Shown piece by piece: positions 56,688-64,000 of a stretch of 64,000 nt of DNA. Position 1 is the stretch's first letter. The number at the start of each line of letters is the position of its first letter. The DNA lies in NCBI GenBank assembly GCA_044225365.1, contig JBGAIQ010000006.1, positions 113,236 through 177,235 on the forward strand, read 5' to 3'. The translations under genes were made by a program, and so were the position numbers. The notes beneath the pieces were generated by a model, which saw only the letters and a program-made list of their open reading frames with translations, made no database searches and had not been told where the DNA came from. The stretch is from Planctomycetota bacterium (GTDB taxonomy: Bacteria > Planctomycetota > B15-G4 > JADJEK01).

Positions 56688-58358
56688 ATGCGGATGGAAT
56701 CGAGTTCGACCGAATCTCCACCGCCGGCGCTCGGCAGCCCGCACTGGGACAACGCGCGCACTCCGTGGCTCGTGTTCTTCCTCGGATTCCTCGTCTTCAG
56801 CATCGCCGGGCTGAAGCGCGACATCTGGGCACCGGACGAAACGCGACACGCCGAGGTCGCGGCGGAGATGATTCGCGGTCACGATTACGTCGTGCCCCGT
56901 CTCAACGGAGAGGAATACCCCGACAAGCCGCCGCCGCCGTTCTGGCTGATGACGATTCCGATGCGCGTCTTCGGCGCGGACAACGCTTGGGCCGCGCGAC
57001 TTCCGTTCGCGCTCGCCGTCGGCCTCATCCTGGCGCTGACCTACACGATGACGAGGAGGCTGTTCGACGCGAGGGTCGCCCTCACGGCGACGCTCCTGCT
57101 CGCCTCGGCCGGGGAGTTCGCTTGGCTCGGCCAGCGCGTGAGTCTCGACGTCTTCCAGGCGCTCTTCGTGCTCCTCGCCATCGTCGCGTGGTTGCGCGAG
57201 CAGCGCGGCGAAGGATCGACGATCGCCAATGGGCTGATGTTCTTCGCAGCGTGCGGGGCCGGACTCTCGACGAAGGGACCGACCGCGATACTCATCCCCT
57301 TTGCCGCCGTGATCGGTCACGGCCTCGCGACGGGAACCTTGCGCCGTCTCGGATCGTGGCGATTCCTGCTCGGAATCCCGCTGATGCTCGCGATCGTCGC
57401 GATCTGGCTCGTTCCCGCCGCCCGCGCGGCGAGCCCGGACTACCTCCACGCGATCCTCGGTGAGAAGAGCTTCGGTCGCTTCACCAACGCGATCAACCAC
57501 GAACACCCGTTCCACTACTACTTGATCGAGTGGCCGGTCGAGTTCCTTCCCTGGTCGCCGATCCTGCTCATCGCCGTGTTCCTCGCCTTCAAGAAGGAGG
57601 TCGAGGGCGATCGGGGCGCGAAGCGACTGTTGTACTTCTGGATCGGCATCCCGTTCCTGGTGCTCTCGATCTCACAAACGAAGCGCGGCAACTACCTGCT
57701 CCCGCTCTATCCCGCGGCGGCCATGTTGTGCGCCGTGGTGCTGCACCAGCTCGACGCGCGCATCGACAGTCGGGCGAGCGTGGTCCTCCACGGGATCCTG
57801 CGTGGATTCGCCCTGCTCTTCGTGATCGCCGGCGTGATCGCCGCGGCGATCCCGTTCACGAGACTCCTCGATGAACACGACCTGCCGAACATCGTGCCTG
57901 CCGGCATCGTCGTGGGCGCCGTCATTTGCCTGATCGGGGCGGTCGCGTTCCTGCGCGGTGGCGAGAGCATGGTGACTCTGCAGCGCACGCTGGCTTCGGG
58001 GATGATGATCCTCGTTCCAGTCGTGGGCCTCGTCCTCGCCCCCGTGATCGACGCCGAGAAGTCGGATCGATTGATCGCGGAGAAGCTGATCGAACTCGGC
58101 GCTCGCGACTCCAAGAAGCCGATCGCGTTCCTGCGCTACTCCCCCGAAGCCGCACGCTTCTACTCGGGGCTCGACTGTCGCGAGGTCTACGACCGCGACG
58201 AACTCGCCGACGCCCTCAACCGCGGGGAATACGATTTCGCCGTCATCGACTCCGACAAATGGGAGAAGCTGCGCCAGGCGCTCCCCGACACGGTGAAGGC
58301 CGGTCCCGCGGGGAAGGGCCGCGCGCGCCTCGTCTACGTGATCGATATGCGGCCCTGA
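56688..58358 (+). CDS. ArnT/PMT-like (GT83/GT39) membrane glycosyltransferase
   Basis: PDETRHAEVAAEM, VPRLNG..YPDKPP, TKGP, HPFHYY, KRGNYLLP. Confidence 0.9.
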   Translation: MRMESSSTESPPPALGSPHWDNARTPWLVFFLGFLVFSIAGLKRDIWAPDETRHAEVAAEMIRGHDYVVPRLNGEEYPDKPPPPFWLMTIPMRVFGADNAWAARLPFALAVGLILALTYTMTRRLFDARVALTATLLLASAGEFAWLGQRVSLDVFQALFVLLAIVAWLREQRGEGSTIANGLMFFAACGAGLSTKGPTAILIPFAAVIGHGLATGTLRRLGSWRFLLGIPLMLAIVAIWLVPAARAASPDYLHAILGEKSFGRFTNAINHEHPFHYYLIEWPVEFLPWSPILLIAVFLAFKKEVEGDRGAKRLLYFWIGIPFLVLSISQTKRGNYLLPLYPAAAMLCAVVLHQLDARIDSRASVVLHGILRGFALLFVIAGVIAAAIPFTRLLDEHDLPNIVPAGIVVGAVICLIGAVAFLRGGESMVTLQRTLASGMMILVPVVGLVLAPVIDAEKSDRLIAEKLIELGARDSKKPIAFLRYSPEAARFYSGLDCREVYDRDELADALNRGEYDFAVIDSDKWEKLRQALPDTVKAGPAGKGRARLVYVIDMRP

Positions 58359-58379
58359 AACGGGCTCGCCCGCTGCGCG

Positions 58380-59336
58380 CTACCGCTCGCGGCGCATGAC
58401 GAGTGTGATGCCCACGAACATCGCGATCGCGGTGATGCCGCTCATCGGAGTCAGCTTCTCACCGAGCCACAGCGCGCTCGCCCCGCCCGTGATCAAAGGC
58501 TGCATGTAGATGAAGAACGCCGTGGTCGACGCCGGCACCCTGGCGAGCGCGTAAGCGTTGAGCAGGTAGGCGAGGATCGTCGGGAAGACGAGGGTGTAGG
58601 CCATCGCCCACCACGCCCGCTCGTGGCCCGCGATCGAAGGCAGGAGAGTGGTGCCCCGCGCGAACCACGGCAGCGCGAAGATCGAGAGGACGTAGACCCA
58701 CGCGACGAGGAAGAGGGGCGAATGTCGCCGCATGAGCGGCTTCGCGAGCACGAGGTAGACGGAGTAGACGAGCGCGTTCGTCATCAGGAATGCGACGCCG
58801 ATCACCTGATCGGGATGCGCCGCGTCCTTCTTCTCGAGCATCAACGGGACCGTTCCCGCGAGCGCGACGACGATGCCGACGACGCGGACGAGGCGCGGCT
58901 TCTCCTGGCGCACGAGGATCGCGACGCCGTACGTGAAGACCGGGATCAGGCACATGACGAGACCCGTCGCCGTGCCGCTGCTGCGCTGGCGGCCCTCGAG
59001 GTAGAACCCCTGGTTGAGTGCGACGGAGAGCAGGGAGAGCACGAAGAGCAGCGACCACTCGCCGCGCTTCGGAATCGCCTCCGCGCCAAGTCGGAAGAAG
59101 ACGAGTGCTCCAAGGACGACGGAGCCGACCGCGATCCGCCAGAACGCGATCGCCGACGGGGAGAACGCGTGGTCCTCGAACGCGAACTGCAACACGACGG
59201 GAAAGAGCCCGAAGAAGAACTGCACGGCGAGGAGCGCGATCAGTCCTTTTCCGACTTCGCGAGCGCTCGCATCCCGCGGAACTCCTCGCGAGGTTTCGGT
59301 CGGACTCACGCTGCTCGTTTCCCGGGTGGTTTGCAT
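58380..59336 (-). CDS. EamA/DMT-family transporter
   Basis: About 10 TM segments in two EamA repeats; LVRQEK, LWLGEKL. Confidence 0.9.
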   Translation of the reverse strand: MQTTRETSSVSPTETSRGVPRDASAREVGKGLIALLAVQFFFGLFPVVLQFAFEDHAFSPSAIAFWRIAVGSVVLGALVFFRLGAEAIPKRGEWSLLFVLSLLSVALNQGFYLEGRQRSSGTATGLVMCLIPVFTYGVAILVRQEKPRLVRVVGIVVALAGTVPLMLEKKDAAHPDQVIGVAFLMTNALVYSVYLVLAKPLMRRHSPLFLVAWVYVLSIFALPWFARGTTLLPSIAGHERAWWAMAYTLVFPTILAYLLNAYALARVPASTTAFFIYMQPLITGGASALWLGEKLTPMSGITAIAMFVGITLVMRRER

Positions 59337-59409
59337 TCCGTCGAACGATAGCGCAGCGAGGCGCGCAAAGATATTCGACGCTGGACCCCCGGATGCGAAC
59401 GAAAACCGC

Positions 59410-61254
59410 TCAACGCATGGGTCGAGCGATCACGACGACATCGTCTTCTCGCGCGATGATCCGTGCATCCGATGGCCAAAGGGTCGGGATCGCTGCCGGT
59501 TCACCGAGGACCTTCCCGATCGACGAACCCTTCAGCACGATCGCGACCCGTGACCCGGCGCGCAATTCGCCATCGAAGCGTTCGATCACACTGCCGTCGC
59601 GGGAGACATCGGTGATGTCCGACACCGGACGATGGAGGTAGTACGCGAAGCTCTCGATCCGCACACCGCGGGAGACGACGCGATCGTAGGGCGCGAGGAT
59701 GTCCGTCAACTTCGACGCGATCGCACGCTGCGAGCGAACCTCGAGGTCCTGCGGCGAAGCCATGAGTCCGATCGTGAGCGCCAGGACGATTCCGGTCGCC
59801 AAGAGACCGACGCCGAAGCCTGCGTCGCCGGCAGCGAGTCGTCGCGAACCGAAGAAGAGTCCCGCTGAGAGGAATGCCAGCGCAACGCCGAGCACGCGCG
59901 ACGAGATCGCATCTCCGATCGGCTCACTGCGAACGAGCAGGACGCACGCGGCGAGCGCGCAGACGATGGACGAACCGCGAAGCAGAGCAAGCGTGAGTCC
60001 CGATCCGATGCGATGTGGGATCTCGTCCGCGTTCGATCGATCCGCGATCGCGACGAGCGCTCGCGCCACGAGCAGCGCCGCGGCGGGGAGCGCAGGGAGG
60101 ACGTAGGTGATGAGCTTCCCACCGGGGACGCTGAAGAAGAAGACGACGCCGACGACCCACGCGAGGAGGAAGGCGTCCGCGCGCTCCTGCGTCGTCGACC
60201 TCGATCGGGAGGAGCGCCATGCGCGGGCGATCGCCTGCGGGAGCGCGAGCGACCACGGCAGCAGCACCAGCGGAACGATCCCCGCGAAGTAGTACACGCC
60301 CTCGCGATGCACCGAGCCTTCGAGCCGCGCGCCGATCTCGAAGCGCAGGAGTTCCGCGAATCGTGGCCAACCCTGGACGACCGCGATCGCGACGTACCAC
60401 CAGGCGCCCATCAGCACGCCGACGAGCGGCAACGCGAGCCAGCGCGCACCTCGCCACGCGAGCCTTCCCGGCGACCGGAAGGCTCGCCGGACGCCGATGC
60501 CGATCACGAGGATCAGCGGCAAACTCGTCGCGACGCCGAGCGCCTTCGACAACTTCTCCTGGTCGTCGGGATCGATCCGCGAATTCACGAACGAGGCGAA
60601 ACACGCCAACGCGAGCAGGACTAGGGCGCGCTTCGAGTCGCGGACACCCGATCCACTCGGCGCGAATGCGAGGTCGGCGACCACGACCGCAATCGCGCAG
60701 AACGCAGGGGTCGCCTTCGCGAGCACCGCGAGGCCGAATCCGACGACGAACAAGAGCGCGAGCCTGCGCGACCGCGATGGCTCGCGCGGCATTGCGACGA
60801 ATCCGAGCACGGCTGCAAGCGCGAGGGTCGAGAACGCGGAGAACGTCATGTCGGTGACGCACGTTCGCGCGAGTACGAAGAAGAGCGGCGTCGTGGTCAG
60901 CACCGCGCCGGCGACGAGTCCCACGCGACGCGAGTACAAGCGCGAGCCAAGAGCGATCGTGATCGCGAGCATCAAGAGCCCTGCGACGATCGACGGCAGG
61001 CGCGCGGACAGTTCACTCGCCCCGCCGCAAGCTCGCATGCTGATCGCGGTGAGCCAGTAGAATAGCGGCGGCTTGTTGATGCGCGGCTGGCCGTTGAACT
61101 CGGGTACGAGGAGTGAACCGCCTTCCGCCATCTCGCGCGCGGCCCCGGCGTAGCGCGGCTCATCCGGATCGATGAGGGGAAGGGTCGAAACGCGATGGAA
61201 GCACAATGCGGTGTAAGCGAGCGCGATCAAGATGTAGGGTACGTATCGCCGCAT
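59410..61254 (-). CDS. ArnT-like (GT83/GT39) membrane glycosyltransferase
   Basis: PDEPRYA..AREM, VPEFNG.PRINKPPLFYW, ARLPS, KLITYVLP; start uncertain (ORF open to 61395). Confidence 0.88.
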   Translation of the reverse strand: MRRYVPYILIALAYTALCFHRVSTLPLIDPDEPRYAGAAREMAEGGSLLVPEFNGQPRINKPPLFYWLTAISMRACGGASELSARLPSIVAGLLMLAITIALGSRLYSRRVGLVAGAVLTTTPLFFVLARTCVTDMTFSAFSTLALAAVLGFVAMPREPSRSRRLALLFVVGFGLAVLAKATPAFCAIAVVVADLAFAPSGSGVRDSKRALVLLALACFASFVNSRIDPDDQEKLSKALGVATSLPLILVIGIGVRRAFRSPGRLAWRGARWLALPLVGVLMGAWWYVAIAVVQGWPRFAELLRFEIGARLEGSVHREGVYYFAGIVPLVLLPWSLALPQAIARAWRSSRSRSTTQERADAFLLAWVVGVVFFFSVPGGKLITYVLPALPAAALLVARALVAIADRSNADEIPHRIGSGLTLALLRGSSIVCALAACVLLVRSEPIGDAISSRVLGVALAFLSAGLFFGSRRLAAGDAGFGVGLLATGIVLALTIGLMASPQDLEVRSQRAIASKLTDILAPYDRVVSRGVRIESFAYYLHRPVSDITDVSRDGSVIERFDGELRAGSRVAIVLKGSSIGKVLGEPAAIPTLWPSDARIIAREDDVVVIARPMR

Positions 61255-61445
61255 TCGCCCGCGCCGTAAGAGTCGTTCGAGATCGTTCTCGATCGTAGGT
61301 CTCGGGAACAGAGGCGATGCAACGACCTTTGGTTTTCGCGACATTGTCATCGCGATCGGCCGTTCCCATTCTCGAAGCGATCGCGCGCCGATCATGAACG
61401 GCTCATCGATCGCGGTTAGCGCATCCGCGCGAACGGAGAACTTGC

Positions 61446-62030
61446 ATGGCCCTCACCCCGTCGACGATGGCTCCGCTTCGGAGTCTCGCGCCCGATTTCG
61501 AACTCGAGGATGCGACCGGAAAGAAGTGGAAGCTCCAGGATTTCCGCGACGCACCGGGGCTCGTCGTCATCTTCCTGTGCAACCACTGCCCGTACGTGAA
61601 GCACATTCGATCCGTCCTCGCCGCCTTCTCGCAGGAGTACCGGGCGAAGGGTCTCGCGATCGTCGGAATCAACGCGAACGACTTCACGCAGGAGAAGTTC
61701 GCCGGTGATCGACCCGAGTTGATGAAGGAGGAAGCGATCTCCGCCGGATATGCGTTTCCCTATCTCGTCGACAAGACGCAAGAGGTCGCCAAGGCCTACA
61801 CGGCCGCGTGCACGCCGGACTTCTTCGTCTACGACCGGGCGCGACGGCTCGTGTATCGCGGCCAGTTCGACGCCTCGCGTCCGGGGAACTCCATTCCCGT
61901 GACCGGCGAAGACCTGCGTCGCGCCTGCGATGCGTTGCTCGCCGGATCTCCCCTCGACGAGAACCAGCGTCCGAGCATCGGATGCAACATCAAATGGAAG
62001 CCGGGCAACGAACCGCCCTATGCGCGCTGA
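61446..62030 (+). CDS. thioredoxin-like (AhpC/TSA-type) protein
   Basis: APDFEL, CNHCPYV, AACTPDFF, YRGQFD, PSIGCNIKW. Confidence 0.92.
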   Translation: MALTPSTMAPLRSLAPDFELEDATGKKWKLQDFRDAPGLVVIFLCNHCPYVKHIRSVLAAFSQEYRAKGLAIVGINANDFTQEKFAGDRPELMKEEAISAGYAFPYLVDKTQEVAKAYTAACTPDFFVYDRARRLVYRGQFDASRPGNSIPVTGEDLRRACDALLAGSPLDENQRPSIGCNIKWKPGNEPPYAR

Positions 62031-62141
62031 AGCTCCGAGAAGTTCCGTGTTGCCCGCGAAGAGAACGAAACTACATCGACTGCCGCCCTCTCGCTGCCGC
62101 TCTACCGGAGGGCACCCCATCTTCGAGGAAGGAAGATCGCG

Positions 62142-63902
62142 ATGCGTCACCGCCTGATCCCTGTCAGCGCCGTGTTCCTTGGAATCGCGAGCTTGTGCTC
62201 GCAGGCCCACGCCCAATCGTTCAACAATCTCTGGATCCAGTTCGTCAACGACACGACGAATCGACTCCCGATGGGACCGACCGCCGTGTCGAGCGCGAAC
62301 GATGAGATCGACTTCGACTACGGCGACCTCGACCGCGACGGCTACATCGACCTCGTCGTGGCGCGCAAGGAACCGTTCACGACGCCGGGCAAGCGCACGA
62401 ACATCCTCCTGATGAACGAGCATGGCGTGCTGACCGATCGCACCGTGCAGTATGCGTCCAACGCGGACGTCGCGGGCGATCAGGGTTTCCGGACGCCGAC
62501 GAATTGCCGCGACATCAAGGTCGCGGACGTCGACAACGATGGCTGGCTCGATGTCATTACGTCGGTCGTGATCAGTCCCGGCGACCCGAAGTGGATCAGC
62601 CATCCGCGCGTGTACCACAACCAGGGCAACGACGTGCAAGGGCACTGGCTCGGTCTGAAGTTCGAGAACAATCGCATCCCGCAGCTCATGGTCGGCAATC
62701 AGCCGACCTTCGCGAACGGCTGCTCGATCCTGGTCGGGGACGTGACAGGAGATGGCGCGCCGGAGCTCTACATCGTCGACTACGACAACGGCGACGTACT
62801 CGACACCAACGATCGCCTGCTCGTGAACGACGGCAACGGCTACTTCACCGATCAGACGGCGCAGCGTGTTTCGAGTGCCATGACGAGTTCGAACTTCGGC
62901 ACCGCGGGCCGGATCGCGGACATCAACGGGGACGGGGCGAACGACATCATCAAGTCGATGAATGCTCCGGTGGTCGTCGCTTACAACGACCCGACGAACG
63001 TAGGCAATCTGAATCTCGTCCAGACGCCGTATGCGGCATCGCAGTACAACATGGACGCGGCCGATCTGAACAACGACGGACGCCTCGACTTCATCGCGTC
63101 GGACGACGGACCCGACCACTATTTGTTCAATCTTGGCAACGATGCTCTCGGCCGCGTGATCTGGTCGTCGTCGCAGAACTACAAGTTCCTTTCCGGCGGC
63201 GACGACTCCGTCGGCGGCAACGCGCATATCGTCGACCTCGACGGCGACGGCTGGGCTGACACGCTCCACGCCGACGTCGACGTCGACATCCCGGGCTGTT
63301 CGCGCCGCCTCCACGTCTATCACAATGCCGGCGGCACCGCGGGCCAGCAGGTCGTGTTGCGCGAGGAGCGCGAGAGCGCCGCGAATTCGAGCTGGCTCGG
63401 TGCGAAGGGCCTTCTCGCCGGCGATCTGCAGGGCACGTACGACGTCGCCGCGTTCGACATCGACAACGACGGCGACAAGGACCTCGTCATCGGCCGCTGC
63501 GCCGGCACGTACGTGTTCATGAACACGTCTCCGCCGTTCTGTCAGGCGACCGCACACGCCGCGAGCAAGGGCGACGGGCATCTCTCCGCCTGCGGCCAGC
63601 AGTTGTGGACCGGTCAGGCGTCGACCCTCAGCATCTCTGGAGGACCGAGCAACGGCGTCGCACTCATGCTCGTTTCGACTCAGGCGGGAACGCAGGCTGC
63701 GTTCGGCGGGCAAGTCCTCGCCCCCTTCAATTTCGCTTTCACGCTGCCGCTCGATCCGAGCGGCGCGATCGCGCTACCCGTGAACGGCGGCGGCGGCACG
63801 GTGGCGGGCGTCTCGATCTACGTGCAAGCGCTATTGGCCGTACCCGCAACGTCGACGGTCACCGACATCACCGAAGTGGTCGGGCTCCAATTCCATAGTT
63901 GA
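62142..63902 (+). CDS. secreted FG-GAP/VCBS repeat protein
   Basis: Signal peptide (AHA-Q); repeats DLDRDGYIDL, DVDNDGWLDV, DINGDGANDI, DLNNDGRLDF, DLDGDGWAD, DIDNDGDKDL. Confidence 0.9.
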   Translation: MRHRLIPVSAVFLGIASLCSQAHAQSFNNLWIQFVNDTTNRLPMGPTAVSSANDEIDFDYGDLDRDGYIDLVVARKEPFTTPGKRTNILLMNEHGVLTDRTVQYASNADVAGDQGFRTPTNCRDIKVADVDNDGWLDVITSVVISPGDPKWISHPRVYHNQGNDVQGHWLGLKFENNRIPQLMVGNQPTFANGCSILVGDVTGDGAPELYIVDYDNGDVLDTNDRLLVNDGNGYFTDQTAQRVSSAMTSSNFGTAGRIADINGDGANDIIKSMNAPVVVAYNDPTNVGNLNLVQTPYAASQYNMDAADLNNDGRLDFIASDDGPDHYLFNLGNDALGRVIWSSSQNYKFLSGGDDSVGGNAHIVDLDGDGWADTLHADVDVDIPGCSRRLHVYHNAGGTAGQQVVLREERESAANSSWLGAKGLLAGDLQGTYDVAAFDIDNDGDKDLVIGRCAGTYVFMNTSPPFCQATAHAASKGDGHLSACGQQLWTGQASTLSISGGPSNGVALMLVSTQAGTQAAFGGQVLAPFNFAFTLPLDPSGAIALPVNGGGGTVAGVSIYVQALLAVPATSTVTDITEVVGLQFHS

Positions 63903-63915
63903 TGGATTCCGCGGA

Positions 63916-64000
63916 GGACCGACGGGCTCTGCCCGGCTCTTCTCCCCCGGCCGATCCCATGCCACGCTGGAGCGTGGCGCTCCGACGGACCGCCGGGCTC
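63916..64000. repeat. REP-like hairpin cluster (runs off right edge)
   Basis: GGACCGACGGGCTCTGCCCGGCTCT (~63916-63940), GCCACGCTGGAGCGTGGC (63961-63978), GGACCGCCGGGCTC (63987-64000). Confidence 0.75.

Noticed and set aside
61416-63713. 765-aa minus-strand ORF
   Set aside because: Antisense to the thioredoxin-like and FG-GAP genes.

Overview
A high-GC, gene-dense 64-kb bacterial chromosomal segment. It is most likely from an uncultured Planctomycetota-like lineage; this is inferred from ECF sigma factors with C-terminal extensions, FG-GAP proteins, DUF1080 and Ser/Thr kinase folds. It holds about 53 plausible CDSs. I saw no rRNA, tRNA, CRISPR array, integrase or transposase. Recognisable modules are surE with two ECF sigmas; kup; an MFS transporter; a sahR-ahcY operon with a candidate SahR operator; DoxX with a di-heme cytochrome c; an RRM protein; a DPP-IV peptidase; a fatty-acid modification operon resembling the furan fatty acid (ufaM/D/O) pathway, downstream of an ECF sigma/RskA-type anti-sigma pair; an enlarged GlmS; two ArnT-like glycosyltransferases; a pseudokinase; and an FG-GAP protein. 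The most striking element is an operon at 34070-40205 of four diverged ClpC-like paralogs. Each has a Clp N-domain and only the first AAA+ module, ends at the D1/D2 boundary, and carries the same Walker-B DE->DD change, with eroded arginine fingers. It is a candidate undescribed 'half-Clp' pseudo-ATPase system. Non-coding features include a 581-bp element with perfect 27-bp terminal inverted repeats and a dispersed REP-like hairpin family with compensatory stem changes. All family calls come from motif recognition by eye; no database search was run.
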